This document shows, piece by piece, positions 25,152 through 38,269 of a stretch of DNA of 64,000 bases (its first letter is position 1; each line of letters opens with the position of its first letter). A model generated the notes under the pieces. It searched no databases. It worked only from the letters and a program-made list of their open reading frames with translations, and was not told where the DNA came from. A program made the translations under genes and the position numbers. This DNA comes from Octopus vulgaris. Taxonomy: Eukaryota. The DNA is taken from contig OX597815.1 of NCBI GenBank assembly GCA_951406725.2, positions 128,092,001 to 128,156,000 on the forward strand. The letters run 5' to 3'.

Positions 25152-25712
25152 TTACATATGGAAAAAGATGGAATCTCCCTTTTGACAGCAAAAGCGGCAT
25201 CATTCATATCAATATTACATGCAAAGATAATACTGTTTTAGCTGTGAAAAATTTAAAATGGTGCAGAGCATACACTGAAAATCCCACCACGATTTCCCCA
25301 AGTACTTCAGTAGTTACTAACATCAGTAGTAATGTCAACGTTACCAATGCCACAGACTCCAATATAACACAGACTACACCTGTCACTGTTCTGAGCACCA
25401 CTTCAAGTAATATTTCCTCAACAAACATACCAAACAGTCATCAATCAACGTATGATGTTACCTCTTACACAACATCTCCTTTGAGTCAAAATACCACAGA
25501 AGAATCTTTAACGAGTCTTCCACCATCTAATCCACCAGATGTATGTACGTATGGATGTAGAGATGGATATACAGATGTATGTACAATACAGGAATCTATA
25601 GTAGTGAACTGTTCTGATACAAGTTATTGTAATTTTACCACATATTTAAACACTTCAAACAGTCTTTACTCTAACATCACTAACTTGGAGCTTTATGGGC
25701 AATGCATCTATG
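25152..25712 (+). CDS. Host gene exon 2: Cys-rich SUEL-lectin-like domain with Ser/Thr mucin insert
   Basis: tttttttcag acceptor, G|gtaaga donor, 561 nt, phase 1-1. Inside ORF 25127-25780. Many N-x-S/T sequons. Confidence 0.9.
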
Positions 25713-26164
25713 GTAAGAAATTTCTCCATATCCATTCTTCATTATTGTCATTTAATACAATCACCAACAAACAACAATGAAGAACGTGTAGAAATGTTTT
25801 TACTAAAGTTTCTCTCTCATTACTAACATTTTTCCAAAATCTATCTCTACTAAAGCCAACTATTAATCTATGTCTTCTTTCAAGAGTGGTCAACAAATGA
25901 AAAAATGGTCTGTCAGAAGACACTTTCACTCTAATTTTAGTTGTCAGAATACATCATCCATCAAAAATTCCATGTTTCCTGAAATTCACCAACACTAAAC
26001 CTGATGTGCATACACACATTTTCCTCTTCATGGATTTTTTACTGTTATCTATTCTGTCTTTTGTATTTTATCCTGTATACTATACACACACTTTTGACCA
26101 TCATTATTGCCTTTCTTTCCTTGACTTATTGTTGCCTTTCTTTCTCTTTTTTTTCCTAGTGAAG

Positions 26165-26420
26165 GTGCTAGACTTAGTGGTTAGAGTATTTGGCTTGTGA
26201 TTGTAATGTCAAGAGTTCAATTCCTGGTGGCAAATTGTATCCTTGAGCAAGACACTTTATTTTTTGTTGCTCCAGTATACTCTGGCAAAAATGAGTTGTA
26301 CTCAAAGGATCAGCCTCATTACATTCTATGTCACACTGAACCTTCATGAGAACTGTGTTAAGGCTACACATGTATGTGGTGTCCTCAGCACACAGTATTG
26401 TTCTGGAGAATGTCTAAGAA
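26165..26420 (+). mobile_element. tRNA-headed SINE
   Basis: TAGTGGTTAGAG (A box) ... GAGTTCAATTCC (B box) ... CCTTGAGCAAGACACTTT. Confidence 0.55.
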
Positions 26421-26464
26421 AACAAGAAAATTATAAGTTGGTTTTAAAATTTGGGATTACATAG

Positions 26465-26975
26465 ACAATGTTTTATGTAGGATATGGGCAGTTTTAATGA
26501 GCATTATTTTTTTAATTTCTTCCATTTTTGGATTTCCTGGTATCTGAGCTAGGTTGTAATTGGCCCCTTTTGCTATCATTCCTAGGACGCCTATGACAAC
26601 AGGTATTGCTTTAGTTTTGAGGTTCCACATTTTGCAATTTCTATTTCAAGATCTTTATACTTGCTCAGTTTTTGGTAGATCTTGACAGAGAAACATTTAT
26701 GTCGATTGGGACAGTCATATCGATGTGGAGGCATGATTTTCGTCTGAAGTCCTTTAATATAATATCTGGCCTATTCTCATCTATCTTTCAGTCAGTTTGA
26801 ACAGTGAAGTTCTAGAGGAGTGAGATGTGGTCATTTTCAAGCATTGGAGGTGGTTTGTGTTCCCACCAGTTTTTATCATAGGGCAGGTCCAAGTCTTTGC
26901 AAATTACCCCATGAATACATTGTTTTGCTCTATCGTGCGTATTGAGATGCTCTGTAGGTGCAAAACGACTGCACA
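26465..26975 (-). mobile_element. Dong/R4-like 3' fragment (family E, diverged)
   Basis: RLE remnants homologous to 27785-27957. Confidence 0.7.
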
Positions 26976-27079
26976 TGGAGATATTAATATCGTTATTATT
27001 ATAATTATTTGATGAAAACTCTCAGCTTATTTTGCTGGGTATAATGGAAAGTATTAGCTGTCCACAGCCAGCAGACTAC

Positions 27080-27470
27080 AATGACACTTGTTTACTGATC
27101 ATACTTCAAGAACCCTATGAAAATTTCTTGCAGTTCTAAGCTACGCTGATTTTTGTAGGTGTTCTACCTTCACATTTGTACTAATCTTTTTGCGCCATTT
27201 TGTTAGTTCAGTGCTGATACTTCCAAGTGCACCAATTACTATTGGTATCACATCTACTCTCTCCATTGACCACACTCTTCATATTTCCCACTGTAGTTGT
27301 TCAGTTTTCTTCTTTTTCTTTGATCTTGTTATCACCGGGACATGTTTTACAATTATCATGCATGTTCTTTCTTTTTTATTCACTATAACAATGTCTGGTC
27401 TCTGATATCTGGTCAGGTGATCACACTAAATCATTGCATCCAACAAGATTTTGCAATTTTCATTCTTGGT
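27080..27470 (-). mobile_element. Dong/R4-like RLE fragment
   Basis: Minus strand has RPDIVIVNKKE..CMII and VIGALGS remnants. Bounded by (TAT)/(TTC) tracts. Confidence 0.6.
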
Positions 27471-27503
27471 GACTTCTTCATCTTCTTCTTCTTCTTCTTC
27501 TTC

Positions 27504-27538
<35 letters not shown>

Positions 27539-27585
27539 GGTATTATTATTGTTGTTGTTTTTGTTGTTATTGTTGTTGTTGTTGT

Positions 27586-27957
27586 TATTTTATGTTTGAC
27601 TTTTGCTTTACATTTGTACAAGTTGGCTCAAAGTCTCCCCCAGAGACCTCAAGAGACAACAAGTTGGAAGTTCATGTTTGTGTTATGCCGAGGGTACCAT
27701 ATATTTGGTTTTGTACATAGTGTTGTTCTAGAGAATGTTTAAGAAACCATAAGAAAATTATGTGTTTGTTTTAAAACTTGAGATTACATAGAAAGTATTT
27801 TGCGTAGGATATGGGCAGTTCCCATGAGCACTATCTTTTGAATTTCTGGCATTTTGGGGTTTCCTGGTATCTGAGCTAGGTAGCAATCAACCCCTTTTGC
27901 TATCATTCCTAGGGCAGCTACGACAACAGGTATTGTTTTAGTCTTGAGGCTCCACAT
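27586..27957 (-). mobile_element. Short 5'-truncated Dong/R4-like copy (family E)
   Basis: MWSLKTKTIPVVVAALGMIAKG...IQKIVLMGTAHILRKILSM* plus 3' UTR. Microsatellite on both sides. Confidence 0.85.
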
Positions 27958-28028
27958 CATCATCATCATCATCATCATTATTATTATTATTATTAATATT
28001 ATTATTATTATTATCATTATTATTATTA

Positions 28029-28075
<47 letters not shown>

Positions 28076-28643
28076 TACTTTTAAGCTGCATATTTCTTAC
28101 AATCACTAGCTGAGACATACCCAGCGTCCTAGGGTGAGTGAAGGATAAGAGATGTTACAGTATGACAGAAAGCTTGGGGGAGGAAAGTGGCAGGGGCAGT
28201 AGCAAAATATCTTCATGTACTACAACACAGACATTTAAACTGATAGGGTTTTTCTAAGGATGTGGGCAGTACTTGTTAGCACAATCTTTTGGATATTATC
28301 TCCTGGGATATTATCTATATTTTTTTCACAACCCTTTCTTATCATACCTAGTGTACCCACAATAATAGGAACAGTTCTCACTTTAAGATGCTACACCTTT
28401 TGTATTTCAATTTCCAGGTCCTTATATTTGCTCTTTTACTCTTTTACTTGTTTCAGTCATTTGACTGTGGCCATGCTGAAACACTGCCTTTAGTTGAGCA
28501 AATGGACTCCAAGACTTATTCTTTGAAGCCTAGTACTTATTCTATTACTCTCTTTTGCCGAACCACTAAGTTACGGGGACGTAAACACACCAGCATTGGT
28601 TGTCAAGCGATGTTGGGGGACAAACACAGACACACAAACATAT

Positions 28644-28714
<71 letters not shown>

Positions 28715-30312
28715 TACGATGGGCTTCTTTCAGTTTCCGTCTACCAAATCCACTCACAAGGCTTTGGTCGTCCCGAGGCTATAGTAGAAGACACTTGCCC
28801 AAGGTGCCACACAGTGGGATTGAACCTAGAACCATGTGGTAGGTAAGCAAGCTACTTACCACACAGCCACCCCTACAGCTATTTACTTAATTTGTCATGA
28901 GATATATTTTTATCAGTGTGAACACATACATTTATTAGTCTACAAGTATTTTTTCTTTGTCTTTAATAATTATGTCTGGTCGATTACCTTGGATTGTTCT
29001 GTCAGTGTTGACTGGAAAATCCCAGAGGATAGTGATATTTTTACCTTCAACGAGTGGCTCAGGATGATGTTCATACCAATAAGCAGGAGTCCTGATTTTG
29101 TAGTGTTTACATATTTTCCAATGTAAATACTGTCCTACTCTATCATGGGGATTTTTGCATTTGTTTGGTGTTAGCACAGAACAACCTGAGATGAGATGGT
29201 CTATTATTTCATTAAATGCATCATAGAATCTGCATTTAGGGCCAGAATCATTTTTAAGAATATTAGCCTGGTAGTTTTTGGTAAGTAAGTCTTGGTCTTG
29301 TGCCACTAATATGAAACCTCCAGTCTCTGGTTGTTGGTTGGTTGGTTTAGATCAGCATTTCAGCTTTAAAGTATATACTGTCCATACAGAGGCTTCTGGC
29401 TTCACTGCTCCTCAATTTGTTCTGCCCGTTCTTTTTTGCAGTCTGTTGGATCTGTTTTGCTTGTTTGGGGGCAGTGGTTTCAGGTTCTTCATCTAATTCA
29501 GAGTTAATGCCAAGTTCCTTTGCGAATTTGCAAGCTTCCTTGACAATAGAATGTGATTTTCTGCTGCTTTCATGTTTGCACACAAACCACTGCATCCAGT
29601 CCTCTGTACTAGATAAGTACTTGTTCATTGCTAATGTGGAGGTCCTATATCATATGCATCATTCCTCTTCCCTAGTTACTTCCAGGTAGGTACAGATGAT
29701 CAATGTCTGCTTTTTGGGTGGGGCATGTTCTTAGATGTTAGTAGTTTGTTTGTCTTCCTGTCCAGGCATTGGAGCTCTGTAAGATTCCAATTAATGATGT
29801 TAAAACTGCATTGGACTACTGTAAGAACCAGGGTGTTAATGGCTTCAATGTGATTTTTGGAGTTGAGTTCAGCTTTTAGTATGAGCCTTACTCTCTTGTA
29901 ATACTCCTTTCTTATTTTCTCCTTCATAGTAGCATGTTGTATACCATCTCCTTCATTTATCCCCAGATATTTATAGCTTTCTTGTGGGTCAAGCTCCTTG
30001 ATGGTAGTGTCAGCATCTAATTTAATGGAAGCTGCTTGCTTGCACTTGCCTCTTACAAAAGTTATTTTAGCACACTATCAAGGCCAAAATCCATCCCAAT
30101 GTCATTGCTAAACTCTTTAGCAGTAAACAGCCCTGCTAGCACTTTGTCATTTCTAGCAAACAGCTTCAGATTGTCCATATAAAACAAATGGTTTGTTATA
30201 ATATTATACACTTTGAATCCATACCTGGTGTTACTCAGTTCGTTTGAGAGTAGGATCAGTACCCTGCAAAAGAGTAATGGGGAGAGGGAGTCACCTTGAA
30301 AGATGCCTACTA
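28076..30312 (-). mobile_element. Dong/R4-like element (RT to RLE) interrupted by a SINE
   Basis: GIFQGDSLSPLLFC, FYMDNLKLFA, ORF 28935-29306 (DHLISGCSVL..HDRVGQYLHW..NRPDIII). The 3' end abuts (TAT)n. Confidence 0.85.
28433..28879 (-). mobile_element. tRNA-derived SINE with internal (TA)n, nested in the Dong element
   Basis: Head GTGGCTGTGTGGTAAGTAGCTTGCT..GGTTCAATCCC, tail GAAACAAGTAAAAGAG. Flanked by TATTTGCT/TATTTACT, a probable TSD. Confidence 0.85.
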
Positions 30313-30494
30313 TAGAGTGTGGTTGACAAAATCAAAAACATTATACGTTTGAATAATGATGATAATATAACACAGAAAGCAGGAGATAGAAACTACGTGC
30401 TGCAAGGAATCTGGTCTTAGTAGTCCTTTGTTTCTGGTTAGTCATAAACCTTATTTATTTCTTAAATAAAAAATGATTGATGAAGAAACATTAG

Positions 30495-30712
30495 CCCTTT
30501 AGCATTTAAACCAGCTATATCCAGCCCAAATATTCTACCTTGTTTTATGTCCAAACTAGACAGATTCTGCTTTTCACACCAACTCTACAATATCATTCTG
30601 ATAATAAACAATCACATCATCCAAATCTTGTAGCTACAAGATAATAAATGATTTCAAAACAATGTGAATAAATAAGTATTACATTTGACAGAGTAATCTG
30701 ACTGCTAAAAGC
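30495..30712. mobile_element. piggyBac-like MITE
   Basis: TTAG|CCCTTTAGCATTT...TGCTAAAAGC|TTAA. Reverse-orientation homolog of 44297-44517. Confidence 0.65.
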
Positions 30713-31449
30713 TTAAGTATGGTCAGTTTTTAATGTAAATTTTTCCTCATTTAGATCTCATTTCCCAGTTTTCTTTTGTAATTAAACCTGTTTCCATCAT
30801 GAAAACTTATCTAAATTAATTTACTACTCTCACTTAAATTTCACATAGAAAGGGAATAATGGGTCAAGTGCTTCTTAGAACAAAGTTACTTGCTTCAAAT
30901 TTCTGATTTAAAAATAGTTATTAATGACCAAATAGTAAAAAAAAGTATTATAGTATCTTTCATGGATCATGAATTCTTATTCTCATAAGAGAAAGTAACT
31001 TAGCAACATAGGTTTGGTTCAGTTGGAAATGGTTGCCAAATATTCTGTGCATATTTGCTGCAATAGTGTAACTTTTTATACTAAAAGAATTATATCTAGT
31101 ATCTATTTTGATACTATTAAATTCAAAAGCCAGCAGAATCATTTGCTTGCAGAATAAAATACTTAGCAGCATTTCATCCATCTTTATATTCTGAGTTCAA
31201 ATTCTGCTGAGGTCAACTCCCTTCATTTTTCTGGGGTCAATAAAATATGTACCAGTTGAACACTGGGATCAATGTAATCGACTTATCTCCTCCTCTGAAA
31301 TTACTGAACTTGTACCAAGATTTGAAATCAATATTATCAAATTCAAAGCATAGTGGAATTTAACAAGTCCCAGTAACTCATAAAAACATTGTATATATTT
31401 ATCAATTCAGTTGCAATCCAATACCACTGAAATAATTTTTAACCATGAA

Positions 31450-31825
31450 ATATGGTTGTGTGGTTAAGAAGCTTATTTTCCAATCTTGTGATCTTGGGTT
31501 CAGTTCCACTATGTGGTACCTGGGGCAAGTGCCTTCTACATAGCCTCCCAAGCTGAACTTTCAGTGAATTAAGTAGATGGAAATTGTGCAGAAGCTCATC
31601 ATATATGTGTCAGTGGGGGATGTATTTGTCCCCAACTACCACTTGACAACCAGTCTTGGTTAGTTTTTGTCAAACACACACACCCTGCTCCTAACTAAGC
31701 AGTTCAGTAAAATTGATCGATAGAATAAGTATCAGACTTGAAAATAAGTACTGTGGTTAATTTGTTTAAATAGATTCCTCAGCATGGTCACAGTTCAATG
31801 ATTGAAAGAAGTAAACGATAAACTA
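31450..31825 (+). mobile_element. tRNA-derived SINE (same family as 28433)
   Basis: TGGTTGTGTGGTTAAGAAGCTT head; GATAGAATAAGTA tail. Confidence 0.75.
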
Positions 31826-32142
31826 AAATATAATTCTGAGTAACATTAATGTAATCAGTGTTCAGCTTTAGAATTTCTCCTGTGAATGGTTGGAGTGGAT
31901 AACAAAAATGGACAAGGAGTGCCAAAGAAATTTGTTCTAAAGAGGTGAGCTAGTTCATGACCTCAGAAGTGCAACACAATAAAAGTAACAGAGAAAAGAA
32001 AATGCTGTTTCACCAAAATGGGTTAGGTGTGTCTGGTGTACAATAAACATAAGAAAATGTTGTGATTTATGGCTCTGAAACAGAATGACAGACAGAATAC
32101 ATTATGTCTATATCTTAAAAGAAAACAATTTTGATTTATTTG

Positions 32143-32485
32143 TTACTTGTTTCAGTCATTGGATTGCGACCATACTGGGGCATAACTTCATGGTTTTAGT
32201 CAAATAAATCAATCCTAGTATTCCTTTTGTTCTATCAATTTCTTTTGCCAAACCACTAAGTTACAGGGGAACAGACACAAAGACACAACCACAAGCACAG
32301 GCACAGACACACATCCACAAACACATGCGCACACATAGTTTCCATGTACCAAATCCACTCACATGACTTTGGTGATCTTTGGGCTATAGTAGAAGACACT
32401 TGCCCAAGGAGCCATGTAGTGGGACTGAGCCCAAACTCACATGGTTGGCAAGAGAACTTCTTAATCATATGGCCATTCCTACACC
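32143..32485 (-). mobile_element. tRNA-derived SINE (same family)
   Basis: TTACTTGTTTCAGTCATT tail and CCAAATCCACTCAC core. Confidence 0.75.
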
Positions 32486-32537
32486 TAAAAATTATAAAAT
32501 AAATGTAAATTAATGTATTTATTTTTGTTTTTTGCAG

Positions 32538-32855
32538 AAGAACACAGACTAGAAATTTGTGAGAAAAACAAATTAGAAGGAACCATTATTTTCCTTCATG
32601 AACCTCTGAAAAGTTTGAATAATTTTACATGCTCTTGTACAGCAACAAGTAATGACAGACTCCAGATAAAGGTAATGAATGTTGTGACAAACAAAACAGT
32701 TAATGCTTCAAAGGAAGAGATCACCAATTTTTTAAAGTTGAATGACATACCTGTAACCAAAACAGGATTATTGAACTTCACAAGCAATAATATGGTTAAC
32801 ATGACATTCCATAAAGAAATTAATGAACCTTATCAAATATGGCTGGAAATATCCT
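32538..32855 (+). CDS. Host gene exon 3: second extracellular domain (LEICEK...FTCSCTA...QIWLEIS)
   Basis: tttttgcag acceptor, T|gtaagg donor, 318 nt, phase 1-1. Inside ORF 32513-32929. Confidence 0.9.
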
Positions 32856-32954
32856 GTAAGGCTTTTTATTTACCTTTTGTTTCTTTTCTAAATTTGAAAC
32901 TAAACATAAAACTAAAGATAGATCTATAGTAAGCTGTGGTTTAGCCATGGCAAT

Positions 32955-33140
32955 CAGTGCAGGCATAACAGTATGGTTAAGAAGCTTGCTATCCAACCAC
33001 ATAGTTTCTAGTTATATTTATTGCATGACACATTGGGCAAGTGTCATCTACTCTAGATCTGAGCTGATCAAAGACTTGTGAGTGGATTTGGAAGACAGAA
33101 ACTGAAAGAACCCTGTCTATACATCATGTTTGTATGCCTG

Positions 33141-33208
<68 letters not shown>

Positions 33209-33420
33209 TGTGTGTTGTGAACTCTTGTCCTGACATCATGTGATAGTAGTAAATAAGAATCATCATCATACAAGCAAGGTTGTTGTTGTTTTCTGTGAAA
33301 ACTTGCCTAACTATAAGAAAATATCACCTTGCTTGAGAAATAGGAAAAGTTTGGTGACAAGAAGAGCATCTTGCCATAGAAAATTTGCCTCAAAAATAGT
33401 AATGATGATGATGATGATAT
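32955..33420 (+). mobile_element. tRNA-derived SINE with (TG)n and (GAT)n tail
   Basis: Same head as above, different 3' part ending in GATGATGAT. Confidence 0.65.
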
Positions 33421-33913
33421 AATGGCAAATTTCATGACCCACTCACACATCTCTTTTAATCAGGAGAAAAGGTGGTGTCCATGATCCTTTCAGGACTTTT
33501 AAAATTTGTTATAGATAAGGAAGAAACCTGAATACTTGAAACAGAGAGGATTCTGCAAAAGGCACTGGGGTGCCAGAGGTGATAGTGTAAAAATCAGGTG
33601 GCAGATACAGACTGTCATACAAATAGGCCATGAAAGAATTTGACCTCAGAATGCAAAGAGCTAGAACAAACACTACAAGGTGTCTGGTCTGACATTCTTA
33701 CATTTCTTTTAATTCACTGCCCTGGATGGATTGGTATCTTTTTTATCAACCCTGAAAGGGCGAAAAGGAAAGTTACCCTTGTCATAATGATGCTTCTGTT
33801 GCTAGTACTATCAAAATATATTTATTGTCACATCATAAATAATGTATTTTAAGACCATAAATATTTTCTTTTTTCTCTTTTTAACATCCAAATATATATA
33901 TATATATATTCAG

Positions 33914-33961
33914 CTGAAGAACTGCACAAAGTCAGTGTCGAATGTACAGAAATTCCCAAAG
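33914..33961 (+). CDS. Host gene exon 4 (SEELHKVSVECTEIPK)
   Basis: ttcag acceptor, G|gtaaat donor, 48 nt, phase 1-1. Supplies a closing Cys. Confidence 0.8.
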
Positions 33962-34165
33962 GTAAATATTCTGTTTCATTCTCATAATTAGTAGAAATAA
34001 ATGTTAAATCATATTTAGAAAAATAAAATAGATGAGGTACAAGTAGTAAAAGCTGTGAAGTGTCACCTCACATTCTTGGTAGCATTTTATATCTACTTTG
34101 TATAGATACATATAATCACTCTTAATATGCTTTTCTTTCTCTCTGTACACACACACACACACACA

Positions 34166-34720
34166 CAGGGTGCATAAGATATTTGAGGACAGATTTATGT
34201 TTATAAAAAAAAAACTGATATATAATAACAGGTAATAACTTTATTTATCAAAAATTTCTATGAGGATAAAAATAAACCTACTTTTCTATAATGTTTTTCA
34301 ATAAAGCCACCTTAAGCTTCAGCAACTGCATCTATATGAGATCTAAATCATCTACATGCACGAATCAAGTGGTCCTGGTTCATTTTGGACATTATTCTGA
34401 CTATGGCAGCTTTCAAAGAATCTTCAGTGTTACGGGCATGTTCATTGACTTCTCTCAACAACACCCCACATGTAATAGTCCAATGGACTGAGATCTGGGA
34501 AATTAGGAGGCCAAATATTAGGGGTTATGTTATCATGAAAATTTCTAGCCATCCATTCATGCATTATTAGAGCCATGTGTGATAGTACAGAGTTTTGCTG
34601 AAATGCATATGGCCTTCCATTGCATACCATACTTATCCAAGGCTTAACAATTATTTCCATCCTAGTTCTCTGGTTTATACCAGTGTTCATTGAAAACTAA
34701 ATATTTTAGTTCTCCATTGA
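34166..34720 (-). mobile_element. Tc1/mariner (DD37D/maT-like) 3' fragment
   Basis: YAFQQNSVLSH..WPPNFPDLSPLDYYMWGVVER; CAGGGTG terminus at 34166. Truncated by a Helitron-like insertion. Confidence 0.75.
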
Positions 34721-34732
34721 TATATATATATA

Positions 34733-34755
34733 TCTATATATATATAAAACTGAGA

Positions 34756-34792
<37 letters not shown>

Positions 34793-35270
34793 TGTCTGTC
34801 TGTGTGTTTCCCTAAAACTTGAGAACTACACAACCAATTTCATTCAAATTTTACACATGCCTTACTTAGGGTCTGGGGAATGTCATCAGCAAAAAACATT
34901 TTTAACTTCTTGCTTAGAGCGAGCCCATAGCAATGTCATATCTTCTCCACTATTTCAGTATTACGTGTTAAAAGTGAAACAAAAATATTTCTCTATTTTA
35001 TGTTAGATACTTTCATTTTAACAATAAAAATAATAATAACAATTGAATTATATGTAGTAAGTAATAATTAAAATCAAACTAAAGTATAATATAATCGTAA
35101 CCTAACAAAAGTAAAAATAGCAATTGGTATAAAATTGCATCAATGACTTGAACTTGAATAAGTGGTTTCACATGAATGGGAACAAATTAAAAATAAAATT
35201 AGCGTGCAGAAATGGAGTAGTCCAGATGGAGCTGTGCTTTTACATTAGATTATCTGCTAATTAGCTAGCA
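34733..35270 (+). mobile_element. Non-autonomous Helitron-like element
   Basis: 5' TCTATATATATAAAACTGAGAATG + (TG)n/(GTCT)n. 3' end uncertain; a CTAG lies at about 35265. Confidence 0.55.
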
Positions 35271-36281
35271 TTAAGTATCTATATGAAGTTTGGCTGACTG
35301 TAATATCTGTTTTCTCGAACAGCCGGTTCTACAGATTACTGCCGTTGGTTTATTTTATTTTAAAAAGCTGGCACTCTGTTGATTATGACAACTGGTGTCC
35401 CAGTGTATTTTATTGACAAAACAACTTGAAAGTGGATGGTACCCACAGAAGAGGGAGACCCAGGAAGATGTGAGATGAAGTAGTTAAGGACTGGTCTCAG
35501 GATGTTAGGCCTCATGGAGGAAATGACAATGGACCAAGATGTCTGGCAATATGAAGTTCTTGAGAAGACCTGCCCACATCAGCAAAACTGAGATCTAGAA
35601 GGGCTGTGTGTCCCTCCCACACTTAACAAGAAAACTTCTCACACACTCATCCACAACAAACCAAACTACATCTCTACATCTCTTCTCTTAATCACATTTC
35701 CGCTTCATGCACTATACGTACCCCCCCCCCACTCCTCAATCTTGTCCTCTTGGCCTTGTCCCACTGTATGATTGCTCTCCACTAGCCCCCAACCTGTGTG
35801 TTCCACCCACACATAACAAGAAAACTTTTCATTCACCCTACCCCAACAAACCAATCTACATCTCTTATCTTCCTCACATTTTCTCTTTCATACACTATGC
35901 CTACCTCTCACTCCCCAATCCTGTTCTCATGACCCTGTTCCTCTGTATCATTGTTATCTGGTAATCCACCCCCAACTCTATATATGCCTAGGTTTTTGCC
36001 ACTCACTTCCCTCCCCCACACTCTTTAATCACACTTCCTTTGCAATATCCTGTCACTTACATTATGGCATCCAAACCTCATGGGTGTACCCTGGCACTAG
36101 CCACCATCTATATCTCTCTCTTCCTTTACTTAACCATCCCATTTATATTCTGATCTCCATCCCTTGTGAGTATGCCCTACATTTTGCCACCTTCTCTATC
36201 CTGCTGTCTTCCACTCTCTCCCTCCTTCTCCTGCACTTACCTCAGGTTGGGTAACCATGTATTTTCTTTGCAGTAGTCATT

Positions 36282-36358
<77 letters not shown>

Positions 36359-36844
36359 CCTCCCTCCCCCCTCTCTCTCTCTAGCCGGGTAACCTTGTAT
36401 TTCCTCTACAGCAAGACACCTGTTTCTGTCTCACTATAAGCTTTCATCATCCGACTCAAGATCACCACTTCCTATGCCCCTTCCCCTCTTGAAAGTTGGT
36501 TTTTCTTTTTCTTCTTTTTGTTCTTAGTGACCCTGTCAGTGCAGGTGCCACTTAAAAGCACCCAACCGACACTGTAAAGTGATTGGTGTTCAGAAGGGCA
36601 TGCAGTCGTAAAAACCTTGCCAAGCTGACCTCATCAGTGCTTGTGCCGCGTAAAAAGCACTAAGTCTTCTCTACTGAGTAGTGAGTGTTAAGAAGGGCAT
36701 TCGGCTGTAAGATTCCTGCCAAAACAGACACAGAAGTCGGGTACAGGCTTCTGCCTGGCCAGTTCTTGTGAAACCGTTCCACCCATGCTAGAATAGAAGG
36801 CAGACATTAAACGATGATGATAATGATGATATATCATTATCATT

Positions 36845-37790
36845 ATTTTAGGTCTGTTGTCCATGCTGGTATGGATTGGATGGTTTGACCAAGGCTGGTA
36901 AGCTGGAAGGCTGCACCAGACTTCAGTTTGATTTGGCATGGTTTTCTATGGCTGGATGCCCTTCCTAACGTCAGCCATTCCAAAAGCGTAATGGGTACTT
37001 TTACATGCCACAGCACGGGTGCCATTTGTGTGACACCAGTATCTGCAATTTTGCTCAGCTTGATGGATTTTCTTCTCATGCACAACATAATACCAAAGGT
37101 CTAGGTCATTACCTCACTGAGGCCTAACACTTGTAAGGAACTCAGCCACTTTGCCTTCATGAGGCCCAGTGCTTGAAAGGAACTCGGCCATTTTGCCTCT
37201 GTGAGGCCCAACACTTGAGAGGAACTCAGCCACTTTGTTCTGTGAGGCCTAATGCTCGAACGGTGCTCTTTATGTGTCACCAGCATAGGTGCCAGTTATG
37301 TGACACCAACATCAACCGTGACTACGATTTCACTTGGCTTGGCTGGTCTTCTCAAGCACAGCATATTGCCAAAGGTTTTAGTCACTAATAATTGCCTCTG
37401 TGAGACACAAAGTTCAAAGATCATGCTTCACCACCTCATCCCATGTCTTCCTGAGTCTACTTCATCCACAGGTTTCCTCCACAGTTTAGAGATTGGCACT
37501 TCTTTAAAAAGCTATCCTCGTCCATATGCATCACATGAACATACTAGTTCAGTTGTGTCTCTTGCACACCACATCTCTGATGCCTCTTATATTTAACTTT
37601 TCTCTTAAGATGCTTACACTCTGCCAAGCATGCACATTGATACTGCACATCCAGTGAAGCATACTGGCTTCGTTTCATTCAAGCCTATCCATGTCCTCAG
37701 CTGTCACAGCCCATATTTCACTGCCTTGTAGCATGGCTGTTCACACACGTGCATCATACAATCTGCCTTTCACTCTGAGAGAGAGATCCT
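36845..37790 (-). mobile_element. RTE LINE 3' end
   Basis: Reverse-complement homolog of 16830-17700, including about 34-bp tandem units in the 3' UTR. Confidence 0.8.
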
Positions 37791-38269
37791 TTGTGATATA
37801 TGATATATTCTGTCATACATGCACAATTACACACACATAAATATATATATATATATATATATATAAACACACTTACACACCTACATAGATACATACATAC
37901 AAATATACATACACACAATGATATATTTAGTCATCCTGCTCTCTCTCTTGCCCTCTTGCTACATTCTCAGGTATCCACAGGTGGAAGAAAGTCTTTGTTA
38001 AATTCTAATTTAGTATTTAACAAAGACTTTCTTTCACCTGAAGTCACCTGAGAATGTAACGTAAATTCTGGGTTATTTTGAAAGATTTTATGCATTTTGC
38101 ATTAATGCAGACATGTAAATTATTTATTTATTATTAAATATAATAATATAAATTATTTACATGTTTTTAAATTACAAAACATTTCGTTATGATATTTGAA
38201 TTTTGTTATTGTTAAATAAAATTTCATCAAACTATTTCTGCGTCATTTATGACTTTATATATATGCTGA

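Noticed and set aside
28800-28879. tRNA gene
   Set aside because: A/B boxes belong to a SINE head; there is no cloverleaf.
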